From assembly GCA_963662405.2 (NCBI GenBank), contig CAXXKT010000003.1, positions 32,001 through 96,000 on the forward strand: a DNA stretch of 64,000 nt, read 5' to 3'. Positions within the stretch are counted from its first letter, which is position 1, and the number at the start of each line of letters is the position of its first letter. Below, piece by piece: positions 22,652 through 31,978 of this stretch. The translations under genes were made by a program, and so were the position numbers. This DNA is from Syntrophales bacterium. GTDB taxonomy: Bacteria; Desulfobacterota; Syntrophia; Syntrophales; UBA2210. The notes under the pieces were generated by a model, which was not told the DNA's origin, made no database searches, and worked only from the letters and a program-made list of their open reading frames with translations.

Positions 22652-23286
22652 GAAGAATCGCCTTATATCCGCTTAGTTATCGTTGCTGTGCACATCGCGT
22701 GTATATTCGATTATGGGGGGTGAAAAGTCAAGGGTGAAAGGCTCGGTTCACGGGATCGCGGCGGACGGCGGTGCTCAGGGTGTTGTATATTCGGGGGTGC
22801 TTCCCCTCGTTTTGGGGTTTTCCGTATGAGTCGAGCGGGTTTCCCGCCGTTCGGTCAGGGAGCGATGACCGCTGTGCGCTTCCCGTGTTTCGGTGTGTCC
22901 ACTCTAACCTTCCCATGTATGCGAATCCGGTTCCTCGCAGGTTATATTTTATTAAAGTTTCCCTCAAGTCGGCCGATATATCGAGTGAAAGGGTTGGAAG
23001 TTCCGAAGAAGAGCTGGCGTTTGCATGATATCTATATAGGTCTTATCAGATGTTTGTGTTGTGTGGTGGAGATGTAACCGCTTGTTGATTTGCTTTCTGT
23101 TGACCGAATGATAACCACCAGTAGGTCTTTGAATGTTCTTCTAAGAATTTGCTCATTTTTTACCAAAAAGGAAACTGATTGACGGTAACGCCAATCTTCG
23201 AGCGCGTGTGATGGGATCGGGTTCCCCCTTCTCCTGCGGGGAGCCCGAAAGTGTCGAGAAATAACAACATATTGGAGGGTGAGTCT

Positions 23287-25041
23287 ATGTTTAAGAGATT
23301 GAAAAAGCTGGGCATTCGTCAAAAATTGATCCTGCCGAACCTGCTCTATCTGGTCATGCTTGGTGTGGTCGTATACTTTTTTTTCAGTTCCCATTACATG
23401 ATGAACGATCTTTCAAAAGAGCAGTCTGTCTCCCGGGAACTGGAAAACAGGATACGCCAGGTTGCGCTCAGCACGAAGGACTACCTTCACCAGGACACGA
23501 CGTATAAATCGCTTGAGGGGGAATTTAAAGCGCTGCTGGCACAGACGGAAGGCCGGAATATGTCGACGAACTTTTCCGGGCTCTGGGAAAAGATCCAGCA
23601 GGTTGAGATGCTGCGGGGAGCCAATCTCCGGATAGATGATCAGGTTATGGAGCTTACGGACCAGTCGATTGCCCAGTCCAACGGATTTATCGAGAAAATA
23701 GGCAAAAGACTGGCGGACGAATTGACCCGGTCCCAGGTCACTACCCTGGAGCGCATGGTTATAGTCGGTGCCAATACCAATACCAGCGCGAATTATGAGC
23801 TCAAGGTGCTCTTCTGGAACCTGAAGGAAACCCTTGCGGCCAGGTCGAAGATGCTTGCCTTCATCGATACACTCGTGAAGAATACGGACAAGGATCTTGA
23901 AATGCTCAAAGGGACCCCCTTTGAAAAGATGGCGAGAGTAGCAAAAAAGTGCAACGCCGAGATAAAGGAGTTGACCCTGACCTATATCGCCAATGTCGAA
24001 GAGATGAATACCCTGCAAAAGGTCGTGTTTGAAGAGATAGAACAGGGTCTGGTCGACATAAAGGAATATGCGGCGGCGGAAAATCAGGCCTTCTTCTCTC
24101 ATATAGAGGCCTTTTTCCGCGATATCCTGCTCATTATGGTTGTCGTGACCATTATCGGTATCATTATCAGCACCCTTCTTGCCCGTTCGGTCTCGCGCGT
24201 TTTGACAAGGACAGGCGCGCTGGTGTCCGATGTCTCGGTACAACTGGTCGCGTCGTCCGAACAGGTCTCCTCTTCAAGTCAGTCACTGGCGGAGGCATCA
24301 TCGGAGCAGGCGGCATCGATTGAAGAGACCTCTTCGTCCATAGAAGAAATGGCTTCCATGACCAAGCAAAACGCAGATAACGCCGGCGCTGCGGACAGTC
24401 TCATGAAAACAACCAACCAGGTCTTCGCGAAGGCGGGTCAGTCGATGGATAAACTGACCAGCTCCATTAACGAGGTGACGGAGTCCAGTAAAGAGACATC
24501 GAAGATCATAAAGACCATCGACGAAATTGCGTTTCAGACGAATCTTCTGGCCCTGAACGCCGCCGTGGAAGCCGCGCGGGCGGGTGAGGCCGGTGCCGGG
24601 TTTGCCGTCGTCGCGGACGAGGTGAGAAGCCTGGCCATACGGGCTGCCGAAGCGGCTCGGAATACGGCCGTTCTTATCGAAGACACGATCCAGAAGGTCG
24701 AATTGGGCGCGGAACTGGTCATCTCCACCAACACCGATTTCGGCGAGGTGTCGGGAGATGTCGCCAAGATCGGTGACCTGATCGCGGAGATTACCGTGGC
24801 ATCGAACGAACAGGCCGAGGGGATCTCTCAGATCAACAAGGCCATGGCGGCGATGGATCAGGTGGTGCAGAATATCGCCGGCAATGCCGAGGAGGCCGCC
24901 TCGGCTTCCCAGGAGATGAATGGTCAGGCCAAACAGATGGAAGCGGTCGTCGAGGACCTGTCAAACCTGATCGGCGGGTCGAACGGGTCCCGGCAACAGG
25001 ATCACGCGCCGGATACGGTGGCCGGGTATCTGACCATGTAA
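23287..25041 (+). CDS. Methyl-accepting chemotaxis protein
   Basis: Two TM helices; [46 protein letters not shown] 23287 after GGAGG. Confidence 0.96.
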   Translation: MFKRLKKLGIRQKLILPNLLYLVMLGVVVYFFFSSHYMMNDLSKEQSVSRELENRIRQVALSTKDYLHQDTTYKSLEGEFKALLAQTEGRNMSTNFSGLWEKIQQVEMLRGANLRIDDQVMELTDQSIAQSNGFIEKIGKRLADELTRSQVTTLERMVIVGANTNTSANYELKVLFWNLKETLAARSKMLAFIDTLVKNTDKDLEMLKGTPFEKMARVAKKCNAEIKELTLTYIANVEEMNTLQKVVFEEIEQGLVDIKEYAAAENQAFFSHIEAFFRDILLIMVVVTIIGIIISTLLARSVSRVLTRTGALVSDVSVQLVASSEQVSSSSQSLAEASSEQAASIEETSSSIEEMASMTKQNADNAGAADSLMKTTNQVFAKAGQSMDKLTSSINEVTESSKETSKIIKTIDEIAFQTNLLALNAAVEAARAGEAGAGFAVVADEVRSLAIRAAEAARNTAVLIEDTIQKVELGAELVISTNTDFGEVSGDVAKIGDLIAEITVASNEQAEGISQINKAMAAMDQVVQNIAGNAEEAASASQEMNGQAKQMEAVVEDLSNLIGGSNGSRQQDHAPDTVAGYLTM

Positions 25042-25142
25042 ACGGAGAGGAGGGAAGGGGAGGCACAGGGTGCGCTGGGCAGGGAAGGTCACGGCGGGAA
25101 CCTGGCGGAGCCGTCCCCTCGAGCAAGGGAAAAGGCCAGGGA

Positions 25143-25745
25143 TCAAAGGAGGCGAAATGTGATGAAATAGTTGTAGCCGAGGTCGACGATGCCAGTTTTC
25201 TTGAATCCAAATCGACCAATCAGCTCCTCCGTATCTTTCGGCGACAGGCGCATATGCTGCGGTGGGCCAAAAGAGAGATCCTTTTTATGGCATTCGATAA
25301 TTGCCAATCGCCCATCCGGGTTCAGAACGCGGCGTATTTCTTCACACAGGACGTCTGCTCTCCCGGCAACGTCCGGTATGTGAAGGACGGTTGCTACAAG
25401 GCATACGTCGATACATCCTCTGCTGATCGGTAACTGCTTTGTGGCGTCGGCAATCATTGCGACGATATTTGTTATGCCTTCTGCATCGGATCGTTGCTTC
25501 AAGTGATCGATATTCGATTCGGATTTATCGAGGGCATAAACCAGACCTGGCGATCCGATTTCCTTCGATGCCCTCATTGCATAGTCCCCCGGCCCACAGC
25601 CTATGTCGAGGAAACGGTTCCCCTCCGAAAGCGCAAGCGCATTGAAAACAATGTCCGGGCTATGCATCAAAAAACTGCTTGACCCTCCTCTATGCCCCGG
25701 TTTCCCGAGATCGTCTCGATGGTTGCATTTGTATCTTTGTTTCAT
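25143..25745 (-). CDS. Class I SAM-dependent methyltransferase
   Basis: FLDIGCGPG, VYALD, RRVLNPDGRL. Confidence 0.9.
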   Translation of the reverse strand: MKQRYKCNHRDDLGKPGHRGGSSSFLMHSPDIVFNALALSEGNRFLDIGCGPGDYAMRASKEIGSPGLVYALDKSESNIDHLKQRSDAEGITNIVAMIADATKQLPISRGCIDVCLVATVLHIPDVAGRADVLCEEIRRVLNPDGRLAIIECHKKDLSFGPPQHMRLSPKDTEELIGRFGFKKTGIVDLGYNYFITFRLL

Positions 25746-25773
25746 CGATTTTACTCCCTGTTTCGGATTGTTA

Positions 25774-28700
25774 TTACAAGTAATGCAAAAAGGATTCGAT
25801 TTTCATCCGATCGTTTTCGTTCCTGTTTCCGTCAAAGGTTAAATTGAGAACAGGCTTGGAGCGGTCGTTTTCAAATCCTTTATGTAATATGCTCAATGAA
25901 ATTTGCGTATTCTCATACGTAGAGGAAACGGTGATAATGCCGTCGATTCCATTCAGGTCGCTCAACAGTTTAGCCTCCCTGTACCTGCCGAACGCTCCGG
26001 CATAGTACCCGATCGTTCTGTCCGCTATCGTAATAAGTGCTTCCACGTCGGCTTCAAAAGGACTCCTGTCTGTCAAAGAGTGAGATACGGCACCTATGTA
26101 AAGCTTATATTCGTCCAACCTCTTCTGCAGGATGTGTGTTTTATTATTATTTTGGTCCGCAAAGTCTCGCCACATGACCCACAGGTATTCGCTCAACGGC
26201 GCATAGATTATCCGGTGACCGATATCTTCGATGTTTCTTAAAGAAAAATCATTTAGAAAGTCGTTGAACAGGATGAAGGGTTCGCCGATGGCAAGGATCC
26301 TCTTGCCGTCTTTCATGGCTTCCGGTTCACGACGGATGTTTTCCGCTGTCTTTACAAGATCGTCAATCGCGAGGTCTCTGCTCCCGATCAGGTCGAGAAG
26401 TTTTTGTAAATACTTTTCCCGGTGACGTGCATGTGCGGATCTGATGAGATCTCCCGCCAGCAGGCCCAGACATATCGCCCTTGCGTGCTCCCGGGACGTG
26501 CACAGCGCATCTTCTGTGAATGGGGCGAAGATATCGGCACTCTTATGCCCCTCCGCATCCAGTTTCGCTCGCACGAAACGATTCACCTGCCCGTCGATTT
26601 CTGCACCTTCCGTTTGCGGGACGAAAAAGGTCACGTTGTCACCACGACGCTCTCTGTCGTTCAGTACCGTGAGGACATCCCCCAGAAGGGCTGTGACGGA
26701 GAAGTATTCATTCGTCATGGTATGCTTTCTGCCTGTATCGACGGAGGAGCGGTTTGACTCCGGCATAGCTCCGGTATTGATTCCTCTGCCCGCCAACATT
26801 TTCCCGAAGATGTGCGAATAAGGATACAGGTATGGTAAATAGAGTGTCGTTCCGGCATTCAATTTCGACAGATCGGTTTTGATGTTCACTTTTTTATGGG
26901 TAATGTCTTGTGTATATGCCGTCATATCATCGGCCTTTTCCGCGATTTCTTTGCTTAAGCTATTGACGAACGCCTCAATCCTGGTGATAACGCCCACATC
27001 GGAATAATGTTCATCCACCTCGATATTCAGATAGGGTTTCCCCTCCATCATTTCCCTGAAATAATGTGTTATCATTGAATCTGGACCGCAGCCGTGATGG
27101 GTCAGAAGAATCGCGTACAGATTGGGATGCCGACTGATAAGCTGTGCCGGCTCCAGTATGTGCTGGGCGAAGGGCCAATACATATTCGGGTGTTCCTGTG
27201 AGATATCTGATTCAGGAAGGTCGTAAAAGCCTAGAACTTTATATCCCATATCCATCAACTTGTCGGGTATTCCCATGTTCAGGACCGGATCGGCGATACC
27301 GTATATCTTTGAAATGATAATGAAGACTTTTTCATCGGGCTTTATTTGACTGATTGCATTCTTCCCGTGTTCTTTTACTCTTTTTTCAAACAAGTGAAAT
27401 GCCTCCATACCTTTTTGAAGGGCCGCGACCGTCTCTTTAGGACCCTTCCCGAGTTGTTTCCCCAGATGTGCAAAGCTCTTCATCATGAATTCGTTACCAA
27501 GATTGGATGCAATGGTCGGAGCCAGCAACTCTATTCCCTGAGACCGCAAGTCCATGGCCTGATTGAGCACCTTGAAAGCCAGTTGCATGTAGGGGCACCC
27601 GTAGTTCTTCCGTGACGACGATCCGGGATGGTCGACGGTGTACAGGTCCGGAAAAAATATATAGTCGACGTTCTTCCGGACCAACTCCGCTACATGACCG
27701 TTGATCAGTTTGACGGGGTAACAGGTCTCATCCAGAGAATATTCCTGAGCCCGTTTAATTGTTTCTTCATTCGTGGGATCGGACAGCAACACATTGAACC
27801 CCAGTTCTTTGAAGATCGTGTAAAACATGGGGAACATTCCGTACGTGAACAACGCTCGTGGTATGCCAACGGTCTTTTTCCCGTCGTCCAGCGAGCCGTC
27901 GTATCCTGTGAATATGAGTTCTTCTATCTCTTTATGAAATACATTCGTATGATTGATTTTCGATTCCAACCCTTTTTGTTTTTCAATAACAATTTCCTTG
28001 TGTTCGATATCGAACCCCTTGAATCCGGTTTTCCCCGACGCCATCTCTTCTTTTGCCAATAGCGCAACCCCGTATGCACCGGTGACACTGAAAAACGGCG
28101 GTACAGAGACATCTTTCCCGAGCAGTGCCTTGAAGGCGTTTACAACTCCTTGATTGTATGCAACGCCTCCCTGAAAAAAAATTCTGTTACCGATTTTCTT
28201 TTCTCCCACAACTCTGTTGAGATAATTCTTGACGACGGCATAGCAGAGACCCGAAGCGATATCCGGCAGTGTTGCTCTCCTCGCCAGATGCGCCGCTATG
28301 TCGGTTTCCATGAAAACCGTACACCGTTCCCCCAGATGAATAGGATTGTTACTGGTAAGAGCGATCGTGCTGAAATCATGTATCGGCATATCGAATTTCT
28401 GGGCCTGTTCTTCAATGAACGATCCGGTTCCCGCCGCGCAAACCTTATTCATCTGAAAATCCGTCACCATACCGTTTTTAAGGGCGATATATTTGGAATC
28501 TTGCCCGCCGATTTCAAGAATCGTATCTACGCTACTATCTATGGTAATTGCCGCTTTTGCCTGACTTGTAATTTCATCTATCACAACATCGGCCCCGACG
28601 AACTCGCCGATCAAATATCTGCCGGAACCCGTCGTGCCGACTCCGGCAATATTGGTTCCGGCGCCGCATTCCATTTTGATTTCATATAATCCCTGTTGCA

Positions 28701-29772
28701 CTGCTTTGACAGGATCTCCCTCGGTTCTCAAATACTTGAAGCAGATGATGGTATTATTCCTGTTTACAAGCACCAGATTCGTGCTTGTCGATCCGATATC
28801 GATACCCAGATAGTATGTCTGATCGTCGTTATCATGATCATCCGGGATCAAATCATGTTTATTCACACTGTCGTTTACCCCGAAAGACAGTAACCCGGGC
28901 AGTTGAATCCCGTCATTCTTTTCTTCGTAAAAATGTTTCGGATCTTCCGTGATACTTAGTAAGCTTTCGATATTTATTCTAATCTTCTCTTTGCGGGCTA
29001 TGGCAGCCGCTCCCAAAGCAGCGATAGTTCGGTAATGCTCGGCTACGACCAGTTCTCCTTCTTCCAGGTTCAATACTTCTTTCAGGGCATTGACGATCGC
29101 CCGGTTGTGCGCCACACCGCCTACAAACAATATCGGTTTATTTCTGGGGAGTTTTCCCATAACCGCTCCCCGATAGTTTTTGACCATCGCGTGGGCAAGC
29201 CCCAGCAGAATATCCTCGACCGGAACCCCTTTTTGCTGATGGTGGGTAATATCAGTCTTGGCAAATACGCTGCATCTGCCGGCGATTCTTGGTATGCATG
29301 CGCCCCTGCTCGCATAAGAAGCGTAGTCTTCCAATGTGAGATTCAACCGGGACACCTGTTTTTCCAAGAAAGAACCTGTGCCGGCGGAACAGGCTGAATT
29401 CATGGAAATCTTTATGCGCGACCTGTCCTGTCCGTTGAAATCGGTTATATATTTAGCACTTTGCCCGCCGATCTCGATGATCGATCCGATATCTTTGTTT
29501 GTTTTCGCACTGCCTTCGATGATCGCCGCAACTTCATTCGTATATGAGATCTTCCCGTCTTTGGCGAGAAACGTTCCTCCACTGCCCGTTACGGCCCCAA
29601 ACACTATTTCTTCTTTGTTATATTTCAATAAAATATCCTGGATTGATTTCCGTAAATTTTCTCTGATCTGTCCTTTATGCAGGATATAGGTGTGGTATCG
29701 AACAACATCGCCGACATCGATCAGTACCAGCTTGATCGATGAATATCCTATGTCAATTCCTAAGCTGTACAT
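25774..29772 (-). CDS. Fused acyl-CoA dehydratase activase (two BadF/BcrA-type ATPase domains + DUF2229-like domains)
   Basis: GIDIG twice, EIGGQ twice, CSAGTGSF/CAAGTGSF, RCSVFA/RCTVFM, VGIPRAL, CYPVK, GCPY, GCGPDS, IEVDEH; 1332 aa. Confidence 0.9.
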   Translation of the reverse strand: MYSLGIDIGYSSIKLVLIDVGDVVRYHTYILHKGQIRENLRKSIQDILLKYNKEEIVFGAVTGSGGTFLAKDGKISYTNEVAAIIEGSAKTNKDIGSIIEIGGQSAKYITDFNGQDRSRIKISMNSACSAGTGSFLEKQVSRLNLTLEDYASYASRGACIPRIAGRCSVFAKTDITHHQQKGVPVEDILLGLAHAMVKNYRGAVMGKLPRNKPILFVGGVAHNRAIVNALKEVLNLEEGELVVAEHYRTIAALGAAAIARKEKIRINIESLLSITEDPKHFYEEKNDGIQLPGLLSFGVNDSVNKHDLIPDDHDNDDQTYYLGIDIGSTSTNLVLVNRNNTIICFKYLRTEGDPVKAVQQGLYEIKMECGAGTNIAGVGTTGSGRYLIGEFVGADVVIDEITSQAKAAITIDSSVDTILEIGGQDSKYIALKNGMVTDFQMNKVCAAGTGSFIEEQAQKFDMPIHDFSTIALTSNNPIHLGERCTVFMETDIAAHLARRATLPDIASGLCYAVVKNYLNRVVGEKKIGNRIFFQGGVAYNQGVVNAFKALLGKDVSVPPFFSVTGAYGVALLAKEEMASGKTGFKGFDIEHKEIVIEKQKGLESKINHTNVFHKEIEELIFTGYDGSLDDGKKTVGIPRALFTYGMFPMFYTIFKELGFNVLLSDPTNEETIKRAQEYSLDETCYPVKLINGHVAELVRKNVDYIFFPDLYTVDHPGSSSRKNYGCPYMQLAFKVLNQAMDLRSQGIELLAPTIASNLGNEFMMKSFAHLGKQLGKGPKETVAALQKGMEAFHLFEKRVKEHGKNAISQIKPDEKVFIIISKIYGIADPVLNMGIPDKLMDMGYKVLGFYDLPESDISQEHPNMYWPFAQHILEPAQLISRHPNLYAILLTHHGCGPDSMITHYFREMMEGKPYLNIEVDEHYSDVGVITRIEAFVNSLSKEIAEKADDMTAYTQDITHKKVNIKTDLSKLNAGTTLYLPYLYPYSHIFGKMLAGRGINTGAMPESNRSSVDTGRKHTMTNEYFSVTALLGDVLTVLNDRERRGDNVTFFVPQTEGAEIDGQVNRFVRAKLDAEGHKSADIFAPFTEDALCTSREHARAICLGLLAGDLIRSAHARHREKYLQKLLDLIGSRDLAIDDLVKTAENIRREPEAMKDGKRILAIGEPFILFNDFLNDFSLRNIEDIGHRIIYAPLSEYLWVMWRDFADQNNNKTHILQKRLDEYKLYIGAVSHSLTDRSPFEADVEALITIADRTIGYYAGAFGRYREAKLLSDLNGIDGIITVSSTYENTQISLSILHKGFENDRSKPVLNLTFDGNRNENDRMKIESFLHYL

Positions 29773-29833
29773 CTTTTCTCCTCTTTCTTTTCCCGACTTT
29801 CTTTTTCATTTAGGTTAAAATGATTCGCATGCG

Positions 29834-31126
29834 TTAAAAACTATACCGTACGGCCGCATAGATATTCGTGTCGTTCTCGAATTGACCCAAAAACGTATGA
29901 GGTTCTTCTCCTGAAAAAATATTTGCCCCCGTTTCCAGTACCATGTTATCGGTATATTTATACCGTATGTTCGGACGAAGATAGGCATCCTGGTCACTGG
30001 GTGAATAATATGATGAAAAGGATAATTCCAAAGTCTGGTTCATCAGCAATTTCGTCAGTTGCAGCGTGATGACGTGTCTGTCGCGGTCCCGGGCCGGACC
30101 GCCGGACAGGTGTGCCGTGTAATTATCGTAATCAATCATATACTCGATGTAATATTGGAGGCTTGCGTTGAAGTCCTGTGCCAGATCCTGTGTATAGCCG
30201 ACGAGGTACCGCATTTCCGAGTTATTGATCAGTGGATTCGAGCCGCTTTCGTCGTCGACGGACTGATACCAGGCGTATTCGAGATTTCCGATTCCCGGAC
30301 CGACCCGTCCTCTGGCGCTGAGACCGTAGACGTTCAGATCGGGGAATATGGATATGCCCGATGGTGTCTGGCCGCTCGGCCGTTTCCAGAACCCATGGTA
30401 TCCGTAAACGGCCAATTCATAGTTGCTGATATTTTTATAGATGCGAAGGGCGATCTCTTCATCCCGGAACCAGTGATCCGGTCTATTGGCGGCGGCAATC
30501 GCATCCCTGCCAGCACATCTTCCCAGCCAGCCATTCCAGTATGAGACATATTCACCGATAATATACCGATCCGCGTCGAACTGCGGCGTGTACACCACGT
30601 CGATGTTGACCGGGCCCGTAAAAAAACTCACTTTCGCGGCGTCGGACGGAGCCTTGAGGTATTCCTTGTCCCGTCCGATGAAATATGATTGCCAGTCCTT
30701 GGGGAACATATCGTTGAGAAAAACAAGATCCCCCGTTCCCCAGGTCAGGACCTGGCGGCCGATTTTGATATCCATGAAATCGAACGGCCGTGAGAACATC
30801 CAGGCCTCACGGGTGTCATATTCACCTTCCTCCGTTATGCCGTCACCCCACACGTCACCCTTGTACTTGAACTCCGCCCAATCGGTGTAGGTGAAAAGTT
30901 CGGCCTGCAGCCGGGCCTCCATGACGGAAGCATCCTTTTCATACGGGTCATTCTGCGTGCGGCAGCCCGCCCGCAGCTCGAGGAATCCGTGTATCTCAAG
31001 AGGAGGGAGCAGATCCCCACAAGAATTTTCACCGGCTTCCGCAACGTGAACCGAAGGGGTGAAGAACACCAAGACAAGAAAGACTATAACGAGAAATAAC
31101 GTGCCGGGATTTTGAGGATTTTTCAT
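29834..31126 (-). CDS. Outer-membrane beta-barrel protein (DUF1302-like), triad 1
   Basis: Signal peptide, IGRQVLTWGTGD, GQFENDTN, C-terminal VRYSF. Confidence 0.75.
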   Translation of the reverse strand: MKNPQNPGTLFLVIVFLVLVFFTPSVHVAEAGENSCGDLLPPLEIHGFLELRAGCRTQNDPYEKDASVMEARLQAELFTYTDWAEFKYKGDVWGDGITEEGEYDTREAWMFSRPFDFMDIKIGRQVLTWGTGDLVFLNDMFPKDWQSYFIGRDKEYLKAPSDAAKVSFFTGPVNIDVVYTPQFDADRYIIGEYVSYWNGWLGRCAGRDAIAAANRPDHWFRDEEIALRIYKNISNYELAVYGYHGFWKRPSGQTPSGISIFPDLNVYGLSARGRVGPGIGNLEYAWYQSVDDESGSNPLINNSEMRYLVGYTQDLAQDFNASLQYYIEYMIDYDNYTAHLSGGPARDRDRHVITLQLTKLLMNQTLELSFSSYYSPSDQDAYLRPNIRYKYTDNMVLETGANIFSGEEPHTFLGQFENDTNIYAAVRYSF

Positions 31127-31956
31127 CGCATTGCATTCCGTGGGGGTCTTCTCAGATAGCGTTCCGTAAAAATCTCATCTCCGAGTCCGATATTATATCG
31201 GATATTGGAGAAGGTCATTTCCGTTGTACTGCCGCTTTCCAGATCCTTGGCAATCGATACGGTTACCGTGGGGTATATCACCCTCTTTCCGTTTTCCTCG
31301 GATTGAATTTCTTCGAGCTTTACCACTTCGATAACACGATAGAGCCTGTCGTCCTTTTTAAAAAATTCCATTTTCATCGGTATAAACGTCATCCTGTCGA
31401 TGCAGGCCGTATAGTATTCAAACTCCACGGTATCGGGATTTTTCGGAACGTTTTTAAGTACGTAAAAGGTATCCGTTTCCTTGATCAGTTCGTGAGAGTC
31501 TTCGGCGGGACTGCGGCCGGAGATATCTTCATACAGAAAATCCGATCCGACAAAACTGGTCCGCTTATCACTTGCGGCAATCCGTTTGACTAGGTCCAGA
31601 CCGGGCATATAGAGCCAACGGTCATCGTCTTTCTCGGCGGCGGCGTGCTTGTGTACCATAAACACCATCTTGCGCACGTCGGCGGGCGACCGAAAAAACG
31701 AGTAGTATTTCTGATCCTCGTCTCTATCGTCGCAGTTTTTCCGAAGCATGTTGAACTCTCTCATCCGTATCCGACCCTGCTTGTCCCGTATCACCAGGGT
31801 AACCGTGCCTTTGCCGTCCGCTCCCTGGTATAAAGACATGTGATTGGCCTTTCGTACGATTTCGTCCACCGTCGGTTCTCCCGCCTGTCCTTCTCCCCAC
31901 GCAACTCCCGCGAACAATATAAAGAACGTTACAATGATCATTCCCTTTGTTTTCAT
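31123..31956 (-). CDS. LolA-like 'outer membrane lipoprotein-sorting' protein, triad 1
   Basis: SPADVR, DDRWLYMPGLDLVKRI, FVGSDFLYEDI, IFTERYL; start at ATG 31956. Confidence 0.88.
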   Translation of the reverse strand: MKTKGMIIVTFFILFAGVAWGEGQAGEPTVDEIVRKANHMSLYQGADGKGTVTLVIRDKQGRIRMREFNMLRKNCDDRDEDQKYYSFFRSPADVRKMVFMVHKHAAAEKDDDRWLYMPGLDLVKRIAASDKRTSFVGSDFLYEDISGRSPAEDSHELIKETDTFYVLKNVPKNPDTVEFEYYTACIDRMTFIPMKMEFFKKDDRLYRVIEVVKLEEIQSEENGKRVIYPTVTVSIAKDLESGSTTEMTFSNIRYNIGLGDEIFTERYLRRPPRNAMR

Positions 31957-31978
31957 TTCATCACTCCTTTTCTTCAAC

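Noticed and set aside
22652..23030. Cobalamin or NiCo riboswitch upstream of DUF1007
   Set aside because: Isolated GGGAA words occur, but no B12-box or conserved core could be assembled by eye; an Rfam scan is needed.
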